Shown here piece after piece: positions 8,481 through 19,177 of a DNA stretch of 64,000 bases. The notes below the pieces were generated by a model. That model saw only the letters and a program-made list of their open reading frames with translations. It did no database searches and was not told the origin of the DNA. The DNA is from a virus, in IMG/VR virus record IMGVR_UViG_3300025889_000075, positions 1 to 64,000 of that record. One strand, written 5' to 3'. The first letter of the stretch is position 1. Each line of letters opens with the position of its first letter. Both the position numbers and the translations under genes were made by a program.

Positions 8481-9447
8481 TCGCGCGGTAATTGAAGTAA
8501 ACGGTGGTTGTAATTATTCTTGTTCTATGTGCCCACAAGATGTGAGAACTGGTGGACGCCACAAAGACTTCCTCAAAAAAATGTCCCTCAAAGAATTCGA
8601 GGATAACGTTGCCGATTGCGCGCAACATGGTCTTCGAGTTGTCAATCTAGATGGTTCTGGTGAAGCAACGCTGAACAGAAACCTACCTAAGTATATCGAG
8701 ATCGTCAAGAAATATAATGCTAAAGCATTCATCTTTTCCAACGGGTATCGTATGGAAGGGAAATTTATGAGAGACTGTGTTGACGCTGGATTAGATTTCT
8801 ATCGATTCTCTTGGATTGGTTATGATGTTGAAGCATATGATAAATGGATGTACAATAGAATAGGTGGTACATTCGGTTCAACATGGGACAAAGTGAAAGC
8901 AATGCGTGAGTACGTCAAGGAAACGGGTAGTGATTGTGTTGTTGCGACTTATCATCTAATTACTAATAATCAGAACCAAGACTTCGAATTGCAACACTAT
9001 AAGAAAATTGTAGAAGAACTTGATATAAAAACTGAAATTTGGAGAATGCATAACTGGTCAGGTGTCACTGATATTAGTGAAACTGGAGTGCGCAAAGGAG
9101 AGATAAAAACCTGTGGTCGTCCTTTTAGTCCTGACGTTGTTATTCGTGCTGGTGGTCTTAATGGTAAAAGAGGCGCTGTTCATCCGTGCTGTCAAGTCCT
9201 CGGAAGAGACGAAGAAGCAGTCCTCGGACACACTTCTGAAAACACTATTGAAGAAATTTGGGAAGGCGCTGAGTATTCTGCGCTCCGTGACGCTCATCGA
9301 AGCGGTAACTATCCTGACTATTGTAAGTCTTGTGACTTCTTGGTGGACGATCCTGAAATTCTAGTTTGGACTAATCATGAGAGAGATGTTTATAAAATGC
9401 ATGGTACAGATTTCGACTTGAAGGATTATCAAGATGTCTCTGCCTGA
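8470..9447 (+). CDS. radical SAM protein with SPASM/twitch domain
   Basis: CNYSCSMC, GSGEA, C-terminal C..PF..VHPCC..CKSC. Confidence 0.92.
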   Translation: MKIDRAVIEVNGGCNYSCSMCPQDVRTGGRHKDFLKKMSLKEFEDNVADCAQHGLRVVNLDGSGEATLNRNLPKYIEIVKKYNAKAFIFSNGYRMEGKFMRDCVDAGLDFYRFSWIGYDVEAYDKWMYNRIGGTFGSTWDKVKAMREYVKETGSDCVVATYHLITNNQNQDFELQHYKKIVEELDIKTEIWRMHNWSGVTDISETGVRKGEIKTCGRPFSPDVVIRAGGLNGKRGAVHPCCQVLGRDEEAVLGHTSENTIEEIWEGAEYSALRDAHRSGNYPDYCKSCDFLVDDPEILVWTNHERDVYKMHGTDFDLKDYQDVSA

Positions 9448-10009
9448 TGTTTGGATGATAGTTGTTCCAAATAACAAAATCTCAAATTATTACTATCAAA
9501 GAACTAAAAAATCTTGGGAAAAACATAACTTTAAAGTAAGAAAGTTTCCAGCGGTTACGCCTGAAACTTTACATTTACAGCAAAATCAATTAGTATTTGA
9601 TACGAAAAGAGCAGGAAGAAGTAAAAGACCCTTTACTGAAACAGAAAAAGCAGTTTGGTATTCACATTATAATGCCTGGAGATTTGCTAAAGATTTAAAA
9701 GATCCAATCATAATAGCAGAACACGACGCTTGGCTTGAAAAACCTATTGCAAAAGAAATCTTTGATGAAAGAATTGTAAGTCTTTCTCATAATAGAAATA
9801 ATGGAAGAACATATTATGCTGCTGGTGTTTGTTACTATTTAAATCAAGAAATTTGTGGACAATTAATATCAGGAATTCGTGGTGTCAAAATAATTGAAAA
9901 TTCAGATAATTGGATACACAAACATGTTGATAGGTTTGGTAAATGGGAAAGAAAACACGCGTTCCAGTATAGTAATCCAAAGGTTGGGAAAACTATAAAA
10001 CATGGTTAA
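9434..10009 (+). CDS. GT25-like glycosyltransferase
   Basis: FPAVTP, AVWYSHYNAW, IIIAEHDA. Confidence 0.7.
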   Translation: MSLPDVWMIVVPNNKISNYYYQRTKKSWEKHNFKVRKFPAVTPETLHLQQNQLVFDTKRAGRSKRPFTETEKAVWYSHYNAWRFAKDLKDPIIIAEHDAWLEKPIAKEIFDERIVSLSHNRNNGRTYYAAGVCYYLNQEICGQLISGIRGVKIIENSDNWIHKHVDRFGKWERKHAFQYSNPKVGKTIKHG

Positions 10010-10862
10010 AAAGGCAGCACTTTTAGTGAACGGTCAATATGACGTTCTTCTTCGGAGAGATGGATTAAAAGAATCACTCCAAGCAATTAAAGAACATTTC
10101 TATGATTATGACATATTTTATCAGTGTTGGGACACACATTTAAATCGACATATTTTTAAAGATATCGATGAAGAAATCTTTTGGATTCCGATGCCAGAAG
10201 AAAAAGAAAAAAATCCATATGACCTTGTTTTAGAGAACGGTATTATTATTCCTGGATATCACGCGGAGCGAGCGAGGTTTGCGTCAAAACAAAAACAAAA
10301 AAAATTAAAAACCAGATGTTTCCAACAGTATAGTTTTTGTCTACTGTACAAACATGTAACAGAAAAATACAATTATGATTATATTTTCCGCACACGTTGG
10401 GACGTAGTATTTTCGAAATATTTTAGTGCAGATTATCTTCTTCATTTAGCAAAAACAAACGTTGTTGGTTGTGGGGTTTCGACATCAACCAAAATTTTTA
10501 AAGCGTATTATGGTTCTAACGTTAGAAAAGAAATGACACCTCAGGAAATGCAGAGAAAAAAAAGAACGGTTATTAGAGATTTAATTAACAGCGAAATTGG
10601 TATTATTTCTGAAACAAAAAATAAAACATTTGATGAAAACCATCATACAAACTATTTATCTGATTTTATGATGGCAATACATAAAGATGATTTCGACGTT
10701 GATAACTCTATTAAATTATTTCATGAAGATATAATGTATCCTTCTGAGTGGGGGTGGTGGCAATTGTTTTGTCAGAAAAGAAAACATATTAATGTTAATG
10801 GATTGACATCTATACGAAGAAACGTTGAACAACTTGGATATAAAAAACACTGGAAATATTAA
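10002..10862 (+). CDS. glycan-locus protein with YD.I.R.R.D motif (putative transferase)
   Basis: AALLVNGQ..YDIFYQCW..YDYIFRTRWD; related to 14713 and 16692. Confidence 0.6.
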   Translation: MVKKAALLVNGQYDVLLRRDGLKESLQAIKEHFYDYDIFYQCWDTHLNRHIFKDIDEEIFWIPMPEEKEKNPYDLVLENGIIIPGYHAERARFASKQKQKKLKTRCFQQYSFCLLYKHVTEKYNYDYIFRTRWDVVFSKYFSADYLLHLAKTNVVGCGVSTSTKIFKAYYGSNVRKEMTPQEMQRKKRTVIRDLINSEIGIISETKNKTFDENHHTNYLSDFMMAIHKDDFDVDNSIKLFHEDIMYPSEWGWWQLFCQKRKHINVNGLTSIRRNVEQLGYKKHWKY

Positions 10863-11647
10863 TGAAGAGATTAATCTATCAAGTTTGTCTCGGTGGGCAA
10901 GCCAAATCTAAACTCTATGAAAAATGCATTGAATCTGTCTCGGCATATTGTGAAAAATATCACATCGAACATAGAGTTCAACGTGAACCGATCTTAAGAA
11001 TTAAACCTGATATTTTTATGACGAATCGAAGCAATGAGTCGTATGAAAAACACGGCGGATTTCTTCCTATCTACGAAAAAGAAAATGCGTTCGATCTTCT
11101 TGATGGATACGAACAGGTAGCGATCATTGACGCCGACGTTTATATTCGCGCAGAAGCAGGCAACGTTTTTGAAGAATTCGGATTTGACACCCCATTCGGC
11201 GCAGTTGTTGAAAGACAAATGCCAATCAATCAAGAATACAAACATAAGATTACCAACTATAGTCGAATGCAATATGCAGCATTACAAGACGTTGATTGGA
11301 AATGGAATAATCTCGGCGCAGAGTTCTGCAATATGGGCGTCATGTTTATTAACAGCGAGCAGTTCAAACCTTATCTTAACGGGCAAACAGCAAAACAATT
11401 TCTTGAGCGATATGAATTTAAAAGATTTATTGACGGTGAAGGTGCATGGAAATGGTCAACTGATCAAACACTTTTGAACTGGTGGGTAAAGAAAACGAAC
11501 ATGCCTGTTAAACATATGAACTGGCGCTGGAATGGATTATTCACTGCTAACACACAAATAGATAAATGTGACTTTGTTCATTTTTTCTTGAAAGATAAAT
11601 TACCAAATGGAGGAGAGGACATCAATTCCTTATTACAAATGATATGA
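10862..11647 (+). CDS. GT8-like (GT-A) glycosyltransferase
   Basis: IIDAD, CNMGVM, DQTLLN, FVHF. Confidence 0.8.
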   Translation: MKRLIYQVCLGGQAKSKLYEKCIESVSAYCEKYHIEHRVQREPILRIKPDIFMTNRSNESYEKHGGFLPIYEKENAFDLLDGYEQVAIIDADVYIRAEAGNVFEEFGFDTPFGAVVERQMPINQEYKHKITNYSRMQYAALQDVDWKWNNLGAEFCNMGVMFINSEQFKPYLNGQTAKQFLERYEFKRFIDGEGAWKWSTDQTLLNWWVKKTNMPVKHMNWRWNGLFTANTQIDKCDFVHFFLKDKLPNGGEDINSLLQMI

Positions 11648-12081
11648 TCTTAATAGCACATCGAGGAAATACTTCTGGACCAAATAAAGAACAAGAGAAT
11701 AAACCAGAATATATAGACAAAGCACTAGAAAAATATGATTGTGAAATCGATGTTTGGAAAGTAGGTGATTATTATTTTCTTGGTCATGACAAACCAGAGC
11801 ACAAAGTAGACTACAATTGGTTTCGAGAAAGACAAGAAAAACTTTGGATTCATTGTAAAGATATATCTTCATTCACTGACCTTCATACTGAATTTAATTG
11901 TTTTTATCATAACATTGATCATTACACATTAACGAGTCACAATTATATTTGGGCGTATCCTGGATTCCTGGTTTACGAAAAGGCAAAGGCGATTGCAGTT
12001 ATGCCAGAAAAAACATTACATGCTTGGAATTTAAAATTGTTTGCGGGTATCTGTTCAGATTTGGTTGAGGATTATGATTAA
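11644..12081 (+). CDS. glycerophosphodiester phosphodiesterase-like protein
   Basis: IAHRGN..EN..EIDV..GHD..WIHCK..GICSD. Confidence 0.75.
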   Translation: MILIAHRGNTSGPNKEQENKPEYIDKALEKYDCEIDVWKVGDYYFLGHDKPEHKVDYNWFRERQEKLWIHCKDISSFTDLHTEFNCFYHNIDHYTLTSHNYIWAYPGFLVYEKAKAIAVMPEKTLHAWNLKLFAGICSDLVEDYD

Positions 12082-13420
12082 ATTAGTATTGTTTGATCTT
12101 GATGGTGTTCTTGTTGACGCTAAAGAGATACATTATGTCGCTTTAAATGAAGCACTAGGCGAGTATGCAATCACACCCGAAGAACATAGAAACATATACG
12201 ACGGAAGAAAAACCAATGAAAAATTGGTGATGTTAACAGAAAGAAAAGGATTGCCTGTCGAATTACATAAATCTGTCTTTGATAAAAAACAACAAAGAAC
12301 TGTTGAACTTCTGCACGATTTACATTTAAATAAAAATGCGATAGAATTATTTAAGTCGCTTGAAGAACAAGGATATATGATCGGTGTTTGTTCAAATTCA
12401 ATTAGAAGAACTGTTCTTACTGCGCTTTCTAAATCCGGATTGATTGAGTATTGTTCAGTAATATTATCTAATGAGGACGTGAAAAATTCTAAACCTCATC
12501 CAGAAATATATTGGAAAGCGATGTCTATGATGAACTGTCTTCCGGAAGAAACTGTGATAATTGAAGATTCACCTCCTGGTCTATTGGCAGCTGCTCGTTC
12601 TAGGGCGAACTATATAAGAGTACAAAATACAAAAGAAGTGAATAGAGAAAACATTATGCCTAAATTACAAACCACAGAAATTTCTAATAAATGGAAAGAC
12701 GATAACCTAAATGTTTTGATTCCAATGGCAGGTGCTGGATCAAGATTTCAACAAGCAGGATATACCTTTCCTAAACCTTTAATCGATGTCAATGGTAAAC
12801 CAATGATTCAAGTTGTTGTTGAGAACATTGGTCTTGACGCAAACTTTATTTTTGTAGTGCAAAAAGAGCATCGCGAAAAATTCCACTTGGATAATATGCT
12901 TCCTCTTATCGCACCGAACTGTAAGATTGTCGACGTGGATGGTATTACTGAAGGTGCAGCATGCACTGCTCTATTAGCAAAAGAATTTATCGATAAAGAC
13001 GCTCCGTTATTTTTTGCCAACAGCGATCAGTGGGTTGATTGGGATCCAGTACAGTTTATGTATGAAATGCAAGAAACTGAAGCAGATGGTGGCATAGTCA
13101 CGTTTAAAGCGACGCATCCGAAATGGTCTTATGCAGCAATCGATGAAGAAACTGGATTAGTAAAAGAGGTTGCTGAGAAAAACCCGATCAGCGATTGTGC
13201 TACGGTTGGATTTTATTATTGGAAGCGTGGTTCAGATTTTGTCAAATATGCAGAACAAATGATAAAGAAAGATGTTCGGGTGAATAATGAATTCTATGTT
13301 TGTCCCGTATTTAATGAAGCAATACAGGATGGTAAAGAAGTCAGAGTCAGCACCGCTACATCAATGTGGGGACTGGGAACTCCAGAAGATCTAGAGTATT
13401 ATCTTAAGGAAAAGAAATGA
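12074..13420 (+). CDS. HAD phosphatase-sugar nucleotidyltransferase fusion
   Basis: FDLDGVL, KPHPE, IEDS; then IPMAGAGSRF..PKPLI, EKNPIS, GLGTPEDL. Confidence 0.88.
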   Translation: MIKLVLFDLDGVLVDAKEIHYVALNEALGEYAITPEEHRNIYDGRKTNEKLVMLTERKGLPVELHKSVFDKKQQRTVELLHDLHLNKNAIELFKSLEEQGYMIGVCSNSIRRTVLTALSKSGLIEYCSVILSNEDVKNSKPHPEIYWKAMSMMNCLPEETVIIEDSPPGLLAAARSRANYIRVQNTKEVNRENIMPKLQTTEISNKWKDDNLNVLIPMAGAGSRFQQAGYTFPKPLIDVNGKPMIQVVVENIGLDANFIFVVQKEHREKFHLDNMLPLIAPNCKIVDVDGITEGAACTALLAKEFIDKDAPLFFANSDQWVDWDPVQFMYEMQETEADGGIVTFKATHPKWSYAAIDEETGLVKEVAEKNPISDCATVGFYYWKRGSDFVKYAEQMIKKDVRVNNEFYVCPVFNEAIQDGKEVRVSTATSMWGLGTPEDLEYYLKEKK

Positions 13421-14103
13421 AATCCGGATATGAATCAGGCATAGGCGCGTGGTATGATAAATTATCATTTGAGGAAGCGTGTGGTAGCGGAAGTTATCCT
13501 AAAAACAATGCAGCATATTGCAAAACATTAATACAACATCTACAATCATTAAAAGTAAATAAAGTAGTTGATCTAGGTTGCGGTAATTTACAGTCGTATA
13601 AAGGCAATCTAGATTGGACAACTACTGGTATAGAATATGTCGGTTACGAAGCGAACCAAATTGCATTAAAAGAACTAGCAAAAAAATATCCCGAACTACG
13701 TTTTGAGCAAGCAATTTTATCTGAGATACCAGAACCCGCAGATGCTATCATTATTAAAGATGTTCTGATACATTGGTATGATGAAGCAATCACTACATTT
13801 TTTGATCATGTGTTCGAGAACTTTCGCTATGTGATGTATATGCATTCAACTACCAATCGCGGATACAAAAACCGGAATAAGAGAGAAATGTATAATAAAC
13901 TCGATCCCAGCGATCGGATTGGATGGAAACCAGATTCAGGAAAACTGCCGCCTGAAGGATATACTTTTTGGCCAAAACCATATGGATGTTACGGGTATAA
14001 ATGTGTGCCCGAAAAATTACTTCCATTAAGCAAGGTTATACATCAGGAAAATATTATGGGCGACAGTATGAAGACGTTTATAGTGTTTGATAGACAAAAA
14101 TGA
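13417..14103 (+). CDS. class I SAM-dependent methyltransferase
   Basis: CGSGS, VVDLGCG, KDVLIHW. Confidence 0.8.
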   Translation: MKSGYESGIGAWYDKLSFEEACGSGSYPKNNAAYCKTLIQHLQSLKVNKVVDLGCGNLQSYKGNLDWTTTGIEYVGYEANQIALKELAKKYPELRFEQAILSEIPEPADAIIIKDVLIHWYDEAITTFFDHVFENFRYVMYMHSTTNRGYKNRNKREMYNKLDPSDRIGWKPDSGKLPPEGYTFWPKPYGCYGYKCVPEKLLPLSKVIHQENIMGDSMKTFIVFDRQK

Positions 14104-14711
14104 TTTTTGTATTGGGCGGTCAGAAACGCGGTGATTCACAAACATGGAATTCTATTGCTGAATTGCAGCGTCTCTCTGGGGCGAAAATATATGTGTCTGG
14201 ATATGAACATTGGGGCAAATTACCCTTTGAATATACATGGTTTGACACACCAACAGAAATAGCGCATAATATATTTAGTGATGAAAACTCATGGTATAAA
14301 CATAAGGATAAGTATCCAAGATACTATCATCAATGGAGACACCTCTCATATTGTTACGATAACATTAAACCGGATTTTAATGAAATAATATATAAAATTC
14401 GTAATGATTATAATTACTCAGGATTTCCCTTGCAGGATATAGAACCTAACACTATACACGTACCCAGGAAAGAACATCATGCTGCAAGAGAATTTCCGAT
14501 TGACATAGTATGTAATGATCAAATATTGGGTATGGATAAACCAACAGCAGACAAGTATTTTAATCTGCCTAATTATATACCAGAAACACCAGATAAAATA
14601 CTAAAAACATTTAACAGAAACAAATTATGTGACACTGGCATAGAAGCAATTCTACGCGACTATATGTATTTCCACAACATTAATTTAAAGACATTCGTTT
14701 TTAGGTATTGA
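14100..14711 (+). CDS. glycan-locus protein (divergent R.R.D family)
   Basis: FVLGGQKR, YHQW, IYKIRND, NDQI. Confidence 0.55.
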   Translation: MIFVLGGQKRGDSQTWNSIAELQRLSGAKIYVSGYEHWGKLPFEYTWFDTPTEIAHNIFSDENSWYKHKDKYPRYYHQWRHLSYCYDNIKPDFNEIIYKIRNDYNYSGFPLQDIEPNTIHVPRKEHHAAREFPIDIVCNDQILGMDKPTADKYFNLPNYIPETPDKILKTFNRNKLCDTGIEAILRDYMYFHNINLKTFVFRY

Positions 14712-14712
14712 A

Positions 14713-15468
14713 ATGAAAACAGCAATTTGTATATCTGGTATCCCGCGAGGAGATACCAAAAAAAATGTTAACATAGCAAAATCGCATTTCGACGCTGATG
14801 TTTTTTATGCAACATATATTGATCAAGAAGACCAAGTTAAAAAATACACTGACACGTATTATCTTCACCCCGAACCTACGCTATCATATCATCCTCTTGC
14901 AGATATACCCGAAGACATTATGCCTCCCGTTGCTAAAACATGGGCATTACGTGAGAAAATCAAATCTGACTTCATGTTGTATGAACGCATGAGACATCAA
15001 TCAAAACAGATTTTTGCGCACGATATGCTACTAGGTGAAGTGCCCGATGATTATGATATGATTGTGCGCATGCGATATGACACCAGACTTTCAAAAGTTG
15101 TCAACTTGACACAATATCTTGATAGGAGTTACAACGAAAACCTAGCAATAGGATTTGGTACACGCACCTCACGGCATAAGAGTCTAGACAGTTTGGTAGA
15201 GGTTCCTAAACTGTGGGCAGATCGATGGAATCCAACACCAGGAATCAGCAACGACTGGGGAGGTTATATCATGGACCCGTTGATACTGCATCCTAGAAAA
15301 CTGTGGAGCAGAGAACGACTCAAAGAGTTACACTCGAAGCGAAGTCTTATGGCAGCAGAGAGAGGGTTTTATCAAATACTCTCGCAACCATACGGCGACA
15401 CGCACGAGTGCTACTATGGCGGAGCACAGATTGAGAAGTATTTGAGGCAGACAGACTATGCAAAATAA
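14713..15468 (+). CDS. glycan-locus protein with YDMIVR.RYD motif
   Basis: MKTAICISG, YDMIVRMRYD, GGAQIEKY; paralog of 16692. Confidence 0.65.
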   Translation: MKTAICISGIPRGDTKKNVNIAKSHFDADVFYATYIDQEDQVKKYTDTYYLHPEPTLSYHPLADIPEDIMPPVAKTWALREKIKSDFMLYERMRHQSKQIFAHDMLLGEVPDDYDMIVRMRYDTRLSKVVNLTQYLDRSYNENLAIGFGTRTSRHKSLDSLVEVPKLWADRWNPTPGISNDWGGYIMDPLILHPRKLWSRERLKELHSKRSLMAAERGFYQILSQPYGDTHECYYGGAQIEKYLRQTDYAK

Positions 15469-16018
15469 TTGGGACTTGTGGCAGTATGATTCTTATGAGG
15501 ACTATGTAAACGCACAGATCAACGCAAATCACAGGAAAGAGTCTGTAGTTTGGGTGGAGAAACAGGCAATTGAAAAGGTGTCTTCCGTTGTTTCGCATGA
15601 TGTAAAAAACATTCTGTGTCATGGCACGAGAAACGGCAAGGAGTTACAATATTTTCAGGAGATGTTCCCTGACGCACATGTTATTGGTTCTGAGATATCA
15701 GACACGGCAACCAAATACCCAAACACTGTGCAGTGGGACTTTCATGAGGTAAATGAGGACTGGACAAACAGTTTTGACATCGTATACAGCAACTCATTTG
15801 ATCACAGTTATGATCCTAAAGCATGTCTTACCACGTGGAAAGGTCAATTGTCAAGTGTTGGCACTATCGTGATAGAGTTACAGACACAAAAACCAAAACG
15901 ATCAGATCCACTGAGTATATCGCAGGAGGCATTCGAGCACCTTGTTGACTCTCTAGATATGCAGATCAAAACTATAGAGCAAGGAAGTCACAAAGTACCG
16001 CTATATTTTATATCATGA
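15458..16018 (+). CDS. SAM-dependent methyltransferase (type 11-like)
   Basis: ILCHGTRNGKE, WDFH, FDIVYSNSFDH. Confidence 0.78.
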   Translation: MQNNWDLWQYDSYEDYVNAQINANHRKESVVWVEKQAIEKVSSVVSHDVKNILCHGTRNGKELQYFQEMFPDAHVIGSEISDTATKYPNTVQWDFHEVNEDWTNSFDIVYSNSFDHSYDPKACLTTWKGQLSSVGTIVIELQTQKPKRSDPLSISQEAFEHLVDSLDMQIKTIEQGSHKVPLYFIS

Positions 16019-16695
16019 AAGCATTTATATACTATATAAGCAATCATACCCCATCTATCCTACAGGCAGAGGATGCTCTTAGATCATTTAATATCAATTC
16101 TGGTTGGGAACCGACGCTCACGAAAGGCATAACACCAAAAACACTAGAAGAATATCCTACCATAAAAGAACAGAGCAGATTGCTCAACTTTCAGAAAGAG
16201 AACGAGAACAGATTTAAGACCAAAGTTAGTTGTGCGATGAATCACTTGACTTTTTGGGAAAAGGTAGTAGAATTAAATGAACCGTGTGCGTTCATAGAGC
16301 ACGATGCAATCTGTATAGGGTCTTGGAAAAACTATGATTTTGATGAGTATTTAATATTAAATGCTGATCATGTTTTTAGACCACCAAACAAATTAGGTAT
16401 AAAGAAATATGAGTCGTTTGAGTTTCCTAAAACAGATTCTCCGAAAGATTTACCGAAGAACTACCCATTGCAGTACTATAGAGAAAACAACTGGAAAGGT
16501 AGCAACATGGCACCAGGAACGGGAGCATATGCCATCACTCCGAAGGGAGCATTGAAGATGTTGAAAGCGGCAAAATTTGATGGATTAGATCAATCTGATT
16601 TTATGATCAACTCGCACAACGTAAAACTGCAATATATGACACTATTTAAATTTAACAAACAAAACCTAAGTACATCATACGGAATTTCTGTATGA
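16015..16695 (+). CDS. GT25-like glycosyltransferase
   Basis: SCAMNH..W, FIEHDA, GTGAYAITPKGA. Confidence 0.78.
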   Translation: MKAFIYYISNHTPSILQAEDALRSFNINSGWEPTLTKGITPKTLEEYPTIKEQSRLLNFQKENENRFKTKVSCAMNHLTFWEKVVELNEPCAFIEHDAICIGSWKNYDFDEYLILNADHVFRPPNKLGIKKYESFEFPKTDSPKDLPKNYPLQYYRENNWKGSNMAPGTGAYAITPKGALKMLKAAKFDGLDQSDFMINSHNVKLQYMTLFKFNKQNLSTSYGISV

Positions 16696-17384
16696 AAATA
16701 GCAGTTTGTTATTCTGGGATACCTAGAGGTATTTTCAAAAAGAACAACATGTCTGTTAAACATCATTTTCCTGAAGCAGATTATTTTTACTCAACATGGT
16801 TAAACCAAGAAACATCGATGCCCGCTGTGCAATATGTAACATATAAAGAACCACAAATGCATTATCATCCAATTAAAGATGTAGGTTCTGAGATGTTAAA
16901 TACAATGAAACTAAAATACCTTTATAAAAAAGTTTGTGCAGAAAATGATTATTATGAAAGAACGTCACACCACACTAAACAAATTTTAGGGCACGCGTAT
17001 CAATTAGATGAATTAGATGCATCATACGACATGATTGTTAGAGTAAGATATGACACATATTTATCTCCTAAAGTAAATTTGAGAAAATACTTAGAAATGT
17101 CATACAATAACAAAATTGCAATTGGATTTTCGCAAAGAGACAAAAATTTACATGAATTAAAAGAAGTAGCGTTTGATGATCGAGATCGAACTAAGTATAT
17201 CTTAGATCTTTTACTTTTTCATAGAAGAGATATGTTTTCTACTGATTTGGTTTATGATTTACATAGAAATAAAAAATTACTTTTGGCAGAAAATGGATGG
17301 TATCAAATATTAAGTGAACCATTCAATGATAATCATCTTTGTGTTCATGGCGGGGCACAAATAGAAAAATATATTAGAGAATGA
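16692..17384 (+). CDS. glycan-locus protein with YDMIVR.RYD motif
   Basis: MKIAVCYSG, YDMIVRVRYD, GGAQIEKY; paralog of 14713. Confidence 0.65.
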   Translation: MKIAVCYSGIPRGIFKKNNMSVKHHFPEADYFYSTWLNQETSMPAVQYVTYKEPQMHYHPIKDVGSEMLNTMKLKYLYKKVCAENDYYERTSHHTKQILGHAYQLDELDASYDMIVRVRYDTYLSPKVNLRKYLEMSYNNKIAIGFSQRDKNLHELKEVAFDDRDRTKYILDLLLFHRRDMFSTDLVYDLHRNKKLLLAENGWYQILSEPFNDNHLCVHGGAQIEKYIRE

Positions 17385-17385
17385 T

Positions 17386-17835
17386 ATGAGTTGGGAAGAA
17401 TCAACACTACAAGAAGAAATTGAGTCATCAAAAAAATCTCCGATAAATACTCAAAAAATAGTTGCACCAAAAGAAAACCTGATAACGCCTGGTCAAACTA
17501 TTACTAAAACGTGGGGAGTTGAGAAATGGATTGTTAATGAAGAAACATATAATGCTAAAATTTTAGTTATTAATCCTGGGTCATATACTTCACTTCACTT
17601 CCATAAAGAGAAAAAAGAATATCTTTATATTATGTCAGGAGAGTTTGCTTTAGTAACGATAGACCTTCTTAAGAATCCAGGCAAAAAACAAGAAATTTTA
17701 CTATCTGTTGGCGATATGTACATCGCAGAACCACTTGAATTTCATCAGATCCGAGGCGTTAGAGCAGGACAAATTCTAGAAACATCAAACAGATTAGATC
17801 GTGGTGACATTTATCGTATAGAGAGATCAAGATGA
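17386..17835 (+). CDS. cupin (sugar-phosphate isomerase-like)
   Basis: KTWG.E, SLHFH..K.E, FHQI..ILETS. Confidence 0.75.
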   Translation: MSWEESTLQEEIESSKKSPINTQKIVAPKENLITPGQTITKTWGVEKWIVNEETYNAKILVINPGSYTSLHFHKEKKEYLYIMSGEFALVTIDLLKNPGKKQEILLSVGDMYIAEPLEFHQIRGVRAGQILETSNRLDRGDIYRIERSR

Positions 17836-18533
17836 TTAAGGCATATGTTATAAGAATTGTTGACAACGAGGTCTCAGAGAAAGCAGCAAACCGTTTAATT
17901 GAGAGTTCTAAGTTTGTTTCCAATCAATTCGAGATAGAAAAGTTTAATGCTGTTGTTCCGGAAAGAATAAATGAGATTTGTAAACGATCAAATCTGAGAT
18001 GGAATTATCCCTGGCAGGGTGTTCACGACGATTGGGCATCAGGATTAATGAAGATTGCCTATGAGACAGCGAATCCTGAAAAGCGAGTTGCCTGTTTTCT
18101 TTCGCACTATTTGCTTTGGTGCGAATCAGTTGCTTTCGGAGAACCGATTTTAATCTTTGAACATGACGCGTTGTTTCAAGAACATCTAGACGTTGACTTG
18201 CTTTTAGAATCAAGATATGGTATTATAGGTCTTAATGATCCAAGAGGCGCTACTAGGAGATCGTTACAATTTTATGAGATCATGCAAGCAAACCCTGACG
18301 CAATTCAACCTGCACCCAAAGTCGATGATATGAAAATACCACAAGGTATTGCTGGTAACTCTGCTTATCTAATTAAACCAGAAGCTGCTATGAAACTAAT
18401 CAATCTAACAGATGAGTTTGGTATGTGGCCAAATGATGCTATTATGTGTCAGCAGTTATTGCCAGGAGTGCTTGGTGTTACTAAAACATATCACACAACA
18501 ATTCAAAGGACTCAATCAACAACAACATTATGA
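17832..18533 (+). CDS. GT25-like glycosyltransferase
   Basis: AYVI, ACFLSHYLLW, IFEHDA, GNSAYLIKPEAA. Confidence 0.82.
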   Translation: MIKAYVIRIVDNEVSEKAANRLIESSKFVSNQFEIEKFNAVVPERINEICKRSNLRWNYPWQGVHDDWASGLMKIAYETANPEKRVACFLSHYLLWCESVAFGEPILIFEHDALFQEHLDVDLLLESRYGIIGLNDPRGATRRSLQFYEIMQANPDAIQPAPKVDDMKIPQGIAGNSAYLIKPEAAMKLINLTDEFGMWPNDAIMCQQLLPGVLGVTKTYHTTIQRTQSTTTL

Positions 18534-19177
18534 AATCATACGTAATCACAATCAAAGATCTTCCCAAATCAGTAGAAATCGCTCAACGTTGTGCTAATTC
18601 TCTAAGAGATTATAATGTTCAAATGTTTGATGCCTTTACGCCTAAGAACAAACCAGAAGCATTACTCGAAAGCGAAGGAATACCCACTAAGAATTTTAAA
18701 GAGGTATACTCAAACTATGAGAATTGTATGGCAGCATTTTTCTCTCACTATTCTCTTTGGAAACAATGCGCTGAACAAGGTATTGAGTATCAAATATTTG
18801 AGCACGACGCAGTAGCAGTAAACGATATTCCTATGGTTATACCTTATAACAAAGTAATCAGTTTAGGCAAACCAAGTTATGGAAGGTATAATGTACCAAC
18901 GAATCTTGGTGTCAATCCTCTACAATCAAAAAAATATTTCCCAGGAGCACATGCTTATCGCCTCAAACCAGAGGGAGCGAAAGAGTTAATTGAACGAGCA
19001 AAAGTAGACGCAGGACCAACAGATATATACTTACATCTCGGTAGGTTTCCTTGGTTAGAAGAATATTATCCTTGGCCAGTAGAAGCAAGAGATCATTTTA
19101 CTACAATTCAAAGACAAGAAGGATGCTTAGCAAAACATAGTTATGGAGAAGGATATGAAATCCTCAGGCATGAGTAG
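18530..19177 (+). CDS. GT25-like glycosyltransferase
   Basis: SYVI, FDA, FFSHYSLW, IFEHDA, GAHAYRLKPEGA. Confidence 0.82.
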   Translation: MKSYVITIKDLPKSVEIAQRCANSLRDYNVQMFDAFTPKNKPEALLESEGIPTKNFKEVYSNYENCMAAFFSHYSLWKQCAEQGIEYQIFEHDAVAVNDIPMVIPYNKVISLGKPSYGRYNVPTNLGVNPLQSKKYFPGAHAYRLKPEGAKELIERAKVDAGPTDIYLHLGRFPWLEEYYPWPVEARDHFTTIQRQEGCLAKHSYGEGYEILRHE

